Shown piece after piece: positions 36,988 through 50,329 of a stretch of DNA of 64,000 nucleotides (the stretch's first letter is position 1; each line of letters opens with the position of its first letter). This DNA comes from Raillietiella orientalis (Eukaryota), in contig JAYWIR010000018.1 in the NCBI GenBank assembly GCA_036172245.1, positions 3,472,001 to 3,536,000 on the forward strand. The letters run 5' to 3'. The position numbers were made by a program, and so were the translations under genes. The notes beneath the pieces are model-generated. The model was not told the DNA's origin. It saw only the letters and a program-made list of their open reading frames with translations, and did no database searches.

Positions 36988-39900
36988 CTGAAATTTGGAT
37001 TTTTAATCATCGGCTGCTCGGTGTCATCCGCTGCTGTGCTGCTACCAGCGTGCTACCGATGACGAATCACGAATCCCGCGCACGAAACAACCTGTCCACC
37101 AATGCCATGCTGCACCAACAACCCTATTCTAGGGATATCTCGAAAACGATGCCATGCTGCACAACGACTACAATCCCTCCTGGCGCTCGCATTGGCATCG
37201 TAGGGCTCCCGCGCACCACGAGGCCGAAATTTTTCAAGATGACACGCATCATCTGAGAACGAAGTCCGCCGTGTCAGAGTCATGCCGTGATCGCCGTGAA
37301 GTGAAGCTGTACGGATCGAAAAGCGTCTGCTCCTATCGGTTCCTAACTATCAGAAGGGTGGATCCTGCGGAACTTTCTGAAACGGGAGCGAGATCGAGAA
37401 GAGGATGGAAATCGTAAGCACTTGATGGAGGATATGCAACAGCTTTTGCCCGCGAAGCCATTAAGGCACAAAGGGAGGAAAACATTGCGTGCAGTAACGG
37501 CACTTCGACTTCTTCCTGGAATAGGGGCATCTTATCGCGAGTCTCATTGGTTCGAAAACCGAAAGCGAATGCCCGTGCTCGTTATATCAGAGGAACCACA
37601 CGGATTTCTGCGTCCCTGCTTCTCCTCCTTCTCCTTCCCTCTCCTCAGATAATATTTATCAAGAAAGTATTCCTTCTGTTTTCTCCCTGTTGAACCGATT
37701 CTTTTCTTAGAGTTCACAGGGATTATAGGTCTCTAATTGGCACCGCGAGTTTCTCAGAAGGAATTGATTTCGCACAAAAGTTCAGCAGTCACAATAAAAG
37801 CAACATGGAAGCACATTCACTGTATTACTTGAGAGCTCAGTTCGCTTTGCAGAGAGTTCTTCGGCGGACTTTATATGCTACTCAAATGCTAAAGTGCCCA
37901 TCATTTTATCAGGGAGTGTTTATCATCTCATCCCGGAATGTGCTCTCGTCAGGCGTTTCCGAAGGACGACCAAGTTTCCAACCGTGAAAGGATTCCCTTA
38001 ACTTTGAAATTTTGCACACAGAAGACAGAAGGACAAGCCGTAATTCCGCGAAGGACGCAATTCGCAAAATTGCAGGAGGATTTTTTCCCCCTTTTTGTTC
38101 TTTTCCTCGATGCCACTCGATTTGAAAGCAACCCTATTAGAACAATTTTAAAATTGCCTCAAACGCCCGATCTTCGATTTTGTATGGGGAGAGTTTGAAA
38201 AATCAAAGGAAAAAAAAAAAAAAATTCGGCCCCTTCACTGCTCCTGTATGAAATTCAAGAGGCATTCGAGTGATACCAATTACTAGAAGGAAGATCAGCA
38301 CAAAACATCACTGGTCGGGAAGTCCCGTGTATTCGAAGACGCTGGAGATCCTCCTCTGTCGGGTCTTTGTTTGCTCTCACTGCCTCGTTCGTGGAGAACG
38401 ACCTTTCAAATCTCAAGCGTCTTCATTCTCTATTCGTTGCCGTGAACAGTCCATTTCATAATGCTTTACGTGTTGTGTGACAGTAAGCGACCGATGAATC
38501 ATATCACGGAAAATATGTTTAACAGTTCCATCCTTTATTCGACGTTGCATCCTCTATCGATCCGCCTATCTTCTCGTTTAATTCCCTGGGATCGAAGGAG
38601 CCGGACATTCGCAACGGAGAAATAGAGAAGCGATTCGAAGAGCAGGGTCCGACAGTTTGTGTTGGCAGAGTTTCTTCCCGAGTGCGCTCCTCAAGAGCTC
38701 TGGTGCTGCCAAAGTAGGTTCTTGAGCAAAAATGCAACCATTAAATCGTTTGAGCGTTTCGCAGCTTCCCTGAGGTGTCCCTACTGGAATCCCACGTCCT
38801 GTTTCAGTAAGATTACTGCTTTTCGCGGAGAACTCCGCATTGCCCATCAGAGGCCGGTACGAAAAAAGCTCAGCGGTTCCTCCGAAGAAGATCAGGAGCG
38901 CAATAAGGCAACTATCTGGAGATGCGCAAAAGCGAGCAGGCAAATGGGAAAAAGCCAGGCGGCGAGAGATACGCAGCTGCACCGAATCTATCAGGAAACA
39001 GGCTCCTGGATGCACCGTTTGCTCGTCGAGTTTTCGGTTTCTGAAGCAGCTGAATAGGTCGTTAATCTTCGGAAATTGCTGTGCCACACTCTGACGGGAA
39101 ATGGCAAAGAAGCTTTTGGATTCACCTTCGTTCCTTGGAGCCTTTGGTTTCTCCTCTGCTTTTTGCATAAATAAAATGCAACGTGCGCTTTCTCACGAGT
39201 CGGTGGACATAGGAAACACACACTAAAGGAAAATTCTAGAATCAGGTTTGCTCCATTTTTCAATGAAAAGCATCTGGAAATGTGAGAGCATCCCTCATTC
39301 CTTCACTCTTTATGCGATTATCTCGAAGGAGAAATGATCTTTTCACTTCACAGTGGACCACAGCGAGAAACTTTGAGAATTTCTTCCCGACGCTCATCAG
39401 TCTTTCGCAAGAAAGGAAAAAGCGAAAAGACACGGAGGAAAGGATGAAGCGAAAAGATGTGTTTTTCTGCCTTGCCTTGAGCTCCTGACGCGCTTCGTAA
39501 TTTCCGAAAGAAAACAAACAAACAAACTATCGCTCCAAAGTCTGGAAGGAGCCCTCGGAAGCTCATGCCGGCCATCTCCCTCCAGCAGAAAGCGTCTATC
39601 CATAGATATTTTCTCTCGGGTTTCTTCTATCTTTCATGCTCTTTTCCCTTTGCATGCTTTCTTTTCTCTGCTTGACATCTCCTCGAGGTAACCTCCTTTA
39701 TCACGGTCCGCGTTTCTCTCTTCTCTTGCCTTATCAACTTTTTACGTTCATCTCCATTCCATTCTTGTCGCAGGAGAACTGAAATGCTCGTTGAGATGCC
39801 CGTCACGAACGCGTATTTCTTTTCGTAACTGCAAGCACAGGTGTACAGAGACATGCAAATCGAATTACGTGTAGCGCGGAAATACAATAAATACGATAAA

Positions 39901-42900
39901 TCAAATGACCGTATGCAAATCAAATGCGGGGTGCTCAAAGCAGAGAAGTCCATGCTGCCGATTTGCCTCGCACGCGGAGGGAGAGGGAAGATTGGCGTCC
40001 GCCCCCAAAGGTCGGGTGCGGAGCGTAGCCAAGTGCCAGTGGCGCTGAGTGGCGACCAGCGACACGGGCTCGGTGACGAATCGATCGGTGCCGACCGCAG
40101 CGACCTCCGCGTTCAAGCTCGAGAACCAACGCACTTCCCCATGTTCTCCGTGGCAACACCGGAAACAGCTTCCTCCCGCACGGTTCAAGGGAGCGAATTC
40201 TGCATTTCTTGCATCCCGTGCTTCCTCCTGTCCACCCACAGAAACCTCGGAGAACGGACAGTCCGAAACGGCGGCACATTCTTTTCTGCTTTTTGATTGT
40301 CTCGGGATTGTCTGGGAGACTCGGACTCGAGCGCACCGTTTGGCATTGGGAAGGAGAGGGAGGTCACCACCCTGAACATTTTCGCTTGCATGGTTCCTCA
40401 TTCCCCTTCCTCCCTCGTCGCTGAGGCTTCCTCGACTTTCCTCTATTCTTCGGGAAGCTCAACAAGAAGATCTGTCAAGGCAGGGGAACTCGGAGCAAAA
40501 GGCATCAAACTATTCCGTTTTCACGTCGAAGGCATCGTTTCTGGTGGTCGTTGCTTGACGACCCCGAAGCAGTCCCAGTCGACAAAATCCCGATTTGCGA
40601 GTGCGCCAGAATGATTCGGGAATCCGTCGCCATACTTCGATCCACGCTACGGCGAAACTGACCGACCTGCCTGCAGGCAAAAAGAGGTCATGGAGTCGGG
40701 AGCTTCTGTTCTTGCTGACGCCGCACGAGCGGCTCGCATTCTCCTCAAAAGGGCTGAAGCATCCGAGGCGAGAAGGTTCGAAAACTCGGCTCGCGGTTGT
40801 CAGAGTCGATTTCCAACTTTCTGAATGCCCATGTACCGGCAGGAGGGAGGGGGGAGGGTGGAAGACAAATATGTTTTCCTTTTCTTCCTGAGCACTCTGT
40901 GGGGAAGTTTGCGGAAGGAATTTGATTAAGGCGGAACTGGGATACGAGACCCCAGGGCAGCAAGATCCCTCGTGTTGTAGCGAGAACAAGACAGGAAATG
41001 TGACGAAGACAGAGTAGGAGGAGGAAAAAAGGAAGGAATGAGGGAGAGCCTAATCCTCAGTTCCCAAGAAGATGCAACAAGCAGCAATCAACCATTAAAA
41101 GGGAAGGTCAAAAGCGTGTAAGAGAAGGAGAGGGGCGATGGAAACGCGTCGCAAAGAAAGAAAGAAAAGGAGAAAGGTTGTCGTGCTGCGGCACTCGGTC
41201 GCTTATGAAAACTTCCCGGTCCAGCTCCTGCTTCCGGGAAAAATTGGAAACCAGCAGTTCGAATCATCTTCCTTCCGAGCTTCTGGATCAGCCAAAAGAC
41301 TTCTCTATTGAAGCACTAGAAGCAAATCAAGAGAGAGAGAACATTCCCTATTGATTGAAGTATCACTCATGCGCACACAAAGCTGGACATCACGGTCAGT
41401 AATCTCGATTCCAGCTGGGAAAAGCCTCGTGGGCCAATGTCTCTCAGTTAGAAACCCTGAACTATCGCTACGGGAAGGCTACGGGGCATAGAAGAGATGA
41501 TGAGGAGCTTTCGAAGAGAGGTCCTGAGCTAAAATTCGTTTCTCGTATGTCTCCAGGCCAGTCTCTGTAAAAGCAGAATGGAAGAAAACTGGACAGATGA
41601 GTCCTTCAGACAGATGATGAGTTCCTGCCTTGCCCATTGCTCTACGAATCTTCCATACCGGCTTTCCTACGGAAGGAATCAGAGTGCCGCCTTGCGTGGC
41701 TGAGGCGGGAAAGCCCTCTTCACCTCTCGGGATGGAAGGCACGGAATTTCCCGTGCGAGGTCGGCGGGGAGACCACTCAACCTGCTTGCCGGACGCGAGA
41801 CATGCACTTCCCGGCAGGTAGGTAGGGATGTCTTTCCCTGAGGCTCTGTTGCTTTCGTTCGGGGCTTCCTGATTTCGTATGGATCCTCTCTGTGAGGAGA
41901 AAGTTCCCAGGGAAAGGCTTCCCGTGGCGTGCCTCGCGAGGTACGTGACATGACGGATGCTAGGAAGAGCCGGGAACTTCCAAGGGAGGGAAAACTTTTC
42001 TGTGCGAGGGTGACAAGGAGATGATGGAGTCGGGATTGCTCCTGTCTGCAGGCGAAGGTGTCAAGCCAGAGAGAGGAACCGGGGATTCCATTGGACGGGT
42101 GGAAATTCAATCGAAGTCTCTTCCTCGGTCTGCAAGGAGGGAAAGCTGCTCAAAGGGCAAAAGCAGTGAAAGACACGTGCGCGAATGTACCGAGTGATTA
42201 GTAGTAGGGCATCTCCGCCTCACAGTGCAGAGTCCCCCCTTCAGTTGCGTATTTTCTCGAGGAGGGCACCTCGAAGTAGCTCCCGCCGACTCTTCATGCG
42301 TGTCCCACATGCATGCTTTTGCGCCCCCCTTAACCCTTTCCGTGCGAGGGCACTTGAAAAGGCTTCCAGATGCCGAAAAGTACCTGCACCTTCATCGTGT
42401 CGGAGATCATCTCGGTCCACAACTGCGTGAATGCTCATCACGAATGATCGCGAACTCGCTGAATACGAATGCACAGTTTCTGGGAACTGCGGACCGATGG
42501 ACTCTGATCGTTGGGAAGGGAACTGGGGACTCAATAGGAAAAACACCAGAGTCTTTCCCCTCCCGATCTGCCGGAACACGAAAAAAAAAAAAAAAAGGCA
42601 TGCGATGATGGGGCAGGAGCGCCATCTCCCTCCTCTCTGATGTGCCTTGCATGGCAAGCTTGCTGGATGCGCCTTTATTCCCGCGGTCCTTGGACTGCAG
42701 ACTCATCTCCGGAACCCACGCTTCCCCAAAGGCGTTCTCATCGGCGAAGCCCGAGCAAAGATAAGCAGGCTCGTAGTGTTTGCATTTCCGAATGCAGGTA
42801 TGCTGGTCAGCGAGGGACGGGGTCCGGTGGAAAATTTTCCCATGTGCCAGATGACTCGAACTTTATGGAAGCCTTCTAAAGGATTTCGGCTCCCACATTC

Positions 42901-43179
42901 CGCCTCTTCTTCCTTTTTCGTAGCGTCCTCTGCCTCGAGGAAGCGGGCTGCTCTGAGATCTCGCGTCTCGGTCCCTCCCTTCAGGTCTCTGTGGTGTGGT
43001 TTCGTATGAATGAAAACGAGTCAGGCTGGAGTTCCACCGGAGCTGTTCGGAAACCTTGTGACACAGGCGCTTCTTTAAGGAGTCTCATTTGGGGTAGTTG
43101 AGGAAAAGGATTCTTTTCTTCTCAGCTGTGAAAGAGAGGTACGAAATGCATCTTTTTTAAGTCAGATGCCACTCGATAA

Positions 43180-43700
43180 ACAATAGCCAAGCGGACCTCA
43201 TTTTCACGTTCAGCTTTCAGCCGATGGAAACACGGCAATGAGACGGACGCACTTTTCATTCGGCACATCTTCCACGGCTACCGGTGTCTTCGTCCTATCA
43301 TTCATTTCCTTTTATGTTCTTACTTCCGACTTGTGTTTTCGTCTGAGGTCAACGTCAAAGGCGCTGGTTAACATAGGATCCAAGGTACGGAGAGCTATGG
43401 ACCTTTCATCAGAAAACTCCATTGAAAAAAAGATCCTTGGTGCCCGTTGCAACAGCGGAAGAGTTCCAAGGACAGCAAGCATTCCTTATAGGAGGCTGCT
43501 CTATGTCATATAGACAAAACGATCCCGGCGGTGAGGATTCTCAGGATTCTCTCAAGTCTCTGAAGACCTCGTCTCAAATCGATTGGGCCACCGCTCATGA
43601 AAAGCTGCAGACCAATGGAAAGCGACTTTGGATGGATTTTGGCTCCGTATCCTCCAAGTGCATCCTCTCTCCGTGTTCTCTTTTAGCGGGTTAAATAACG
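43180..43700 (+). mobile_element. Degenerate APE endonuclease relic of a LINE
   Basis: ADLIF, HFSFGTSSTATGVFVL and FLIGG occur in the order expected for an L1/Tx1 endonuclease. Confidence 0.4.
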
Positions 43701-46700
43701 GAGACGTCGTAGTGACGGTGTTTCTTAACTACCAATTTAAGAGATATCTTTCTTTTTATTGAAAACAAAATAAAATGGAATGCAACGATGCAAGAATCCC
43801 AGATTTCCGGGAAGAGTCTGAGTTTCCATCGAGACACGTGAGCCGAAAAAATGCTGTACGGAGTGCTCTCTATCCATCCATTCTCTCGACATTCCCATTC
43901 CTCCCTCGTACATGCTTCCATTCTGCTGGGAGCACGCAGGCATTCTCATCTCGCACTGGAGTTTCCCTCTCTTCCCTCCCAGCATTTCCAGCCGAGGGGG
44001 AGGGTATTTTCCATATTGCTCCTTCCCCAGAATGAAGGAGGGGTGAATTAGTCTTCCCATATTCGCTTGCGGGTCGTGACTTCCTTGAAAGTGGTCGACA
44101 GAGCCAGCGGCCTTGTCGCATCCTGAGGACGTTCCCGGAATGTCGCTGAGACACTACTTTACGTGCAATGGACTTTTACACGCCTCCCCGGATGCCTTCC
44201 TGCGCTGCTCCCGGGGAATGCTACGACAGGACGGGCCAGCCAGAAGGTCCTATTCCATGCTTAGGAGGATGCCGAAAAGTCTACACGAAAAGAAGAAGGC
44301 CGACTCTTGCATTGCTACGCAAGCCGCAGAAGACGCGGTGCAGTTAACCGGTAACTCCTCTCCCCATCTTTCTCCATTTCATTTGTGTTTACTGCCTCCT
44401 ACTCTTCGCGAACTCCAGGTACCTAGTAAGAGTACCTAGTACCAGGTACCTGATGTGCCTGTCTGCTATCTGGTAAGCAAGAGACTCAGCGTGACCTCAT
44501 CCCGGGAAGCCGTGTCATTTATTTAAAATAAATAAATACATCAAAACAACTAAGGCCGAGGTGTGTCGGCCCTTATCCGAAAGGACCACCCTCACTGGGG
44601 ACTGGACTAGGGAGAGGTGAGAAGAGAGGAAGATAGACGCGGCGTGACCAGGTGCAAATTCCTCGTTGATCGAGTCCGCTGCACACGTCGCCCGATGTGT
44701 ACGAAGAACTGCTGCTTTCTGTTCGTCATTCACGCAAAGAAACTGACGCTTCCTTGAGAAATGATCAGCCAGAGTCCAATCAAAGGTTCACTTTCTCATG
44801 ACGGACGCGAATTTCGCCAACGGGGCAGGAGCAACCTCGCCCACTTCATCCGTCTGGAGCGTGACCGCCGTTTCCGGTAGCTTCCAGCCTTCTGTGGTCT
44901 TTCGTCTAGACGAGTAGCGATGTCGCACTGCTCTAGACCAGCTCTGCTAATAATGATCATTGCCGCCGGGTTTGATCGAGATTCCGCCTCTGCTGGGGTC
45001 CCGACATAGGCACGAAAGGAGGAGAGGGGGTTCGAGGAAGCACTCCGCTTCCCGGAGAGAGCTGCGGACGACTTTTGCTCCTCGAAAAGCGGGGTCTGAG
45101 CGCTCTTCCTGCTGGCTTCGTGAATCGCTGGTTCGCAGACGCTCTTCAGCGCAGGCCACGATCGGTGCTTCGCATTGGTTACCGATATTCCCTCAAGCGG
45201 AAGATACGCTTGCCTTTCATTCGGCTACTAAATGAAAAGATGCCGTTTCTCGCGAAGGTCGGAGCCACAGCCAGGATCAGAGATCTGGAAGGCTGTGGCT
45301 CCGAGTGGAAGCGAGTGATCGCTTTTTTGCATCGGAGACACGTCAGGTGCTGGCCTCGCAGTGATGAATGGGAAGCTTCAGGAAGCGTCGTCGGGGGCTG
45401 ACACACTCGTCAGGGACCCGGCGCGCAGACAGACGGAGATGGAACCCATGTCCCGATCATGCCATTCTTAATTTAACTGTCGTCTTGGGAACCTCTTATC
45501 AGTCTCGGCCAGGAGGCCGCCCGCCTCCTGCCGGGAGAAGGGACCGGCAACCTCTCGAAGCCCGGAGAAACTCCTGACTGCACCGTGCAACCTCGGAGGA
45601 GGAAAAGGTTTGCGGGACGGGCATTGTTTTGCGAATGGATGGAAGAAGGTTTGCGCCGCTCGAAGGCGAGTACACGTAGCTGAGGTACCCGGTGCCGCCG
45701 CCGCCGCCGCTTCCGGAGCAGGCTCTTATCTTCCCATCCCCATCTGCCATTCAAGTTTGCTACAGATTAGCAGCAGGGATTTTTTCGCTAGCGAGATGCC
45801 CAGGCTTCTTCTCTTTCGCTGGCGACCTTGAGCTGGAGTAGCGCAAATTCTTTCCCGGTCCAGAAGCCGGCGCACAGGCACAGGTGACGCTTTCCGGGAA
45901 GTGAAGTGCATGATCCGCGAGGGGATTTCGGAGCTGCGACCGTCTCGGGAGAGGCCGGTACGGGTGATCCCTTTCGGGATCAGGCCCTCGCAGATCTGCG
46001 CACAGCTTGGTCGGTGGCGCAAGATACAAGAAAACTCCATCCTTCACTGCGTCTCCGTAGTGAATCCCCTCATCCCTCTCTGATTCCTAAAAACGGAGAT
46101 TGCCCTTGAGACGAAAACGACACGCGTAGTTCCGACTTTCTGTCTCTCGACAAATTTGCTACGTCGTTATCCTTTTTTCGAAGAAAACAAACACTTTCCT
46201 CGAAGGAAACAAAGTCAAGAACTGTTACAGATGCAAAGCTCCGGAGAAGAGGCGATGAGAGAGAGAGCAAAAGGCAAAGAGCAGTGCATGCTGGTCGGCA
46301 AATGTCAGCTTCACCGGGTCTACGAAAGGTTTCGCAGATAAAATGTTCTTTTAGTGTTGGATGGTAACATAGCCAGTGGATGTTCTCAGTAATGGCACTA
46401 AAGAGCTGCAGCTACCAGCACTGCTATCTCCGCCGCTATCATGCCCCGCAGCTTCCGCTGCAGAATCCTGATCTATTACTCTCATCATTACTACTTCCAA
46501 AGAGGCTGCTGTCACTTCACGACATCCATTTCCGACCACCTCTCTGTAGCTCTAATTCTTTGCTTTTTCAGTGATTGTTGCTACGAGGGATAAGGAGGTG
46601 CTCCGTCTGCTCATGAAAAGACGGATGTAAGTGCCGCGAAGGTTTCTTGCGATTCAAGGACGTGACCTTCACCTCCTAAGACACGCGGACGGAGATGGAG

Positions 46701-48617
46701 AGAGAAAAAAAAAGGCGACAGGACCCCTTCCCTCTTCCTTTCGCCTGACAGAGGGATCAGCAGCGACTCCGAAGATGTGAGTAGAACGGTGGAGCGATGA
46801 GACTTCTTGTGTTCCCCTAGAGCTTCGTAATCAACGGAAGAAGGAGGTGACCTCTCCCCATGCCATGGAACGAGCGTGCGGCTCCTGCCGCTCTCAGTGG
46901 TGCTCCTGGGAAGTACAGGCCGTTCAAGGACAGCAGCCGAAAGGACTTCGGGATGGCACGCCACTGGGTGCCGCAGGAAGGATAGGAAGAAGGGAAACCA
47001 GGGCCTTTCACTTCCCGGAGTCGCTGGGCGAGGAAGCGCGCTCTTGCGAAAATGAGGGAAGACCGAGAGAACGTAAAAGGGGGCGTCCTAGGATTGAGAT
47101 GAGAAGTGCGGAGCGAGATGAAGAAGAAATCCTCCTGTCGTCAGAGGATGAAGGAAGAGCAGTGGAGACACAGGATTATGCTGGAACCTGCAGCGACAGC
47201 AGGAAAATCGAGCAGGAAGAGTGCCCAGCTGGAAGGACAAAAGGAGGAGGACAAAGGCAAAAGTGACACAGAAAAAGAGAAGAGCCTCTAACTAAGACCA
47301 GTACAAGGAAGGCAAGCTCTCTGCTAGGCGAGGGAGGCATTTCCTTGCGTTGCTAAAGAGAGAAGAAACGTACGGCCACCGGAAGGACGCCTTCTAGGGG
47401 CAAAGCATTGACCTCTTCCAGTGACATCTTGAACTCGAGTTGAAGGGTAGTTACGTCTCTCTCAGGAAAGAAAGTGACCCGGGAAATACACCGAGAGTGG
47501 GAGAGGTTAAATAGCGTCGAGATAGTGCATACCTGCTCTCGTGCGGAGAGTCCGTTCCTTCCACATTCCCGGGAAAGAAGAGGACAATGAGGCACCGGGA
47601 GATCCATTGATCTTACGAGAGAAATAGGGGACTAAGGGACAGAGTAAGGAGGGCGAAAGGAGGAGCCTCAGATCCCTCGGACATGTAAAGTGGCCGCTTC
47701 CACATGTTAGGACGAGACGGGTGGGGAGACGATTGGGGAGCTCTCTGCTGCCTCTGAGAGCGCCAAGAAGGCAAAGGAGAACGTAAGGTTCGTAGGGCTA
47801 CCTAGAACCTTGACAAAAGCAGCTATGGGAAAAAGGAAGGATTTGCAAACGACAGGTCACAAAGGAGTGCGGAGGGGCCGGGGAAGACGCGCTGCGAGGA
47901 AAGAGCTGGGGCGTTCTCTGCTGGACCACCCCATGGAGGGTAGGTAGCCTTCCAAACGGTAAGAAGGAAAAGATGAGGTAGAGCACTTCTCCCTCACGCT
48001 CCAGAATAGGAAGCGCGGGATCAGGGGGGCCTCGGGGACATCTGAAAGGGGATCTCCAAGAAAAGGAGCCAGGGAAGGGTGGTGAGAGAAGCCCTCTCGC
48101 TGGCTCTTCCCTGGTTTCTGCGTCAGGCCTCTTCCTGGATTCCGCTAATCTTCTGTCGAGAGTGGGAACCAATCCTGAACTCACAAGGGCGCCTTCAGCG
48201 GCCCAGGCCCCTACTTTTCGTGCCATCGGAGTCTTGTGGGGGTCATCTTTTCTCGGGATGGGTAGGGGGAAAGTGGGAGCGCGACAAAGCTGTTCCTGGC
48301 ATGGGTCTTCACCAGGAAGCATCCGGACGAAGAGTCCTTCGAAGAGTTTGGTCCCCGTCCTCCCTGGGGGGGGGGGGGAGCGCACTTTGCAGAAGGAAAG
48401 CTTCGCATTTGCTTTCAGAGAGGCAAGGTGGCCCCTGTTTCCCAGGTCGGGCTGGGTCTCCGCCACTGCCGCCTTTCCTCTCGCTGGAAGGAAGGGGGGA
48501 CGAAGCTGGCGAGGCCCCCGCTAAGGTCCCATCCCATCCCTTTGCGAAGATGCCTTCCGACAGGGTGCGTTAGTGGGACCCCCTATCCCACCCTTCCATA
48601 GGAGCACGGACACCGAC

Positions 48618-48641
48618 CTTTTTCATGAAGCTGGTGATCAT
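48618..48641 (-). CDS. Fife: Fife-like first coding segment (MITSFMKK)
   Basis: CAACC-ATG context; donor AAG|GTCGGT in phase 0, matching exon 2. Resembles the recalled insect Fife N-terminus (..SFMKK..). A candidate acceptor at 48849-48851 suggests the exon starts at 48848 with a 5'UTR. Confidence 0.7.
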
Positions 48642-50329
48642 GGTTGCTGGCCGAGGCGATCCGTCATTCCCGCGCGGGGGAGTCTTTCCTCTTCCTTCTT
48701 CCGGGACGCGCCGCTCGCACACGGGCTGCGCCTCTGCGAGAGTGCCGATGCACACTGGTGGCTCCACGTGAGGCCGGTAGGCGGCGTCAACAAGTGCGCG
48801 CCGTCGCCCGACGGCGCGCCTGCGTGGTTCCCGACGGCATCGATCGGCCTGCGGCCGCGTGAGGACAGGAAAAGCAAAGGACGGGTGAGGGGACGTCCAG
48901 CCGGGAGCGTATGAGGAAGGCAAGACCCTCGTGGGACCTCTCCAAGAAAGGCGGCACGGGATTGTGTCCGTCAGGCTCGGAGGAAAAACTTCTCAGTGGC
49001 CACCTTCCCATAGAAGCACTCCTCATAGGCTTCTCCGAAAGTCCCATCCTGCATGGGGGAGGGAAGCTTGGTCTCCCGATTCCTACTGACTGGTTTGGAA
49101 GGAGTACTAAGATCCACTCCCCCCTCCCGCCTTCGCCTTTTGCGTCTCTAAATGTAAGCGGACAGGCCACTTGGCCGAAGACCTCGGGAGCAGGAGAAGC
49201 TCCTCACCTTGCAGAGGCGACGCAGCACCCTCTCTACGGCATTAGGCGACGACGAAGCGACGGTTTCTTGAGCCTCACATCCTCCTGTACTCCAGGACGA
49301 TATGCCCAGCGCTGAGAAGGAAGTGAAGATCCCTCAGGAGACGAGAAGCGCTCCGAAACAGGAGAGGGAAGAAGCGCCATAAAGTCTGTTTCCGTAGCGG
49401 CGCGCGCCTTCAGATAGGCAGGTCCAAGTAAGCGGGAATTCCCTGCACCGAGATCCCATCCACTTCGAAGAGGCGGCATGAGCACAGCAGACGATGGAGG
49501 CGCTGCAATCATGCTACCGCGTTTTCGATCCCGAAGGACGCAACGGTCTCTGGAAAAGTTTAGAGACAATGAAACCCAATGATCCCACTGCTGCTGAGAA
49601 AAGGATAGGGGTAAAAGGACGATGGCGGCACAAAACGTGCCTCAAGATAAGTGCCACAGCCCTAGAAGCCTGCGAACTCAGACCAGCCGCCGGCGAGGAG
49701 ACTCTCCGAAGCACGTGGAAGCAGATTTATCGTGGAAATCCCCTGCCCTATGGAAGCTCTCGAAGGTGCCATCACGAACGAGGTTCTCGACCCTAAATTT
49801 CGTTCTAGAGCCAGCAGCGCCACCCTCATCCTGTCCCTGAGTGCTTCCAGAGGGAGGTACGGGACGAATGCGGGTCTGGCTGGCGTTAGCTCTCAGCGGA
49901 CGCTGTAGACAGCGAGCGCCGCTGCGAAAGTCCAAGAAATACCGAGTGCCTCCTCCGTATCCCGGAGAGCTCCGATCGAAACCGAGGTCTTTGGACGAGC
50001 TTGGTGAGTCCTCGAGGGTCGCGTCATCAGGAGGAGGGAAAAGAGGAAACAAGACGGAAACATGCGAAACGGCTGGTGGACCGCGCCATGCCGCGAGTGA
50101 AGGGATCAACGAAACAGAGATGTCTCTTAATGATTAGCTATTTAATTAGTAGATGTGTGGATAAAAAATTCTTTTAGATTCAACATCCAGTCATGGCAGG
50201 TCGGTTATTACAAAAATAATAACCACTCAAGTGGCGATGATAGGACTTTCAGTCCTACCACGTTCGAACAACACGCAACCTACCGAGATGCTGGTGCTCA
50301 GACCAGCAAGGCCCTCTTTGGGAATGAAA

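Larger units (their letters stand above)
1..48641 (-). other. Fife: Gene span of a Fife-like (RIM/Piccolo family) active-zone scaffold: ZnF-PDZ-C2A, with the 3' end and presumed C2B outside the window
   Basis: Minus-strand exons with matching phases at most junctions encode a CxxC..CxxC..CxxC..WxCxxC zinc finger, a RIM-type PDZ (ILEWDG motif) and a RIM-type C2A in the canonical order. There is no SGAWF motif after the zinc finger, which favours Fife over RIM. The Fife assignment rests on recalled motif similarity, not on a search. Confidence 0.8.

Noticed and set aside
38600..39060. CR1/L2-type ORF1 relic (RPVRKKL..SEEDQ..IWRCAK); similar hints at ~4300-4600 and ~13850-14400
   Set aside because: The motifs are too short and degenerate to call without a profile search.
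116..49800. Numerous plus-strand ORFs of 60-250 aa (e.g. 5607-6305, 7437-8057, 19325-20068, 46847-47266)
   Set aside because: They are antisense shadows of real exons or chance ORFs in GC/purine-rich intron, with no domains and no coherent exon chain.
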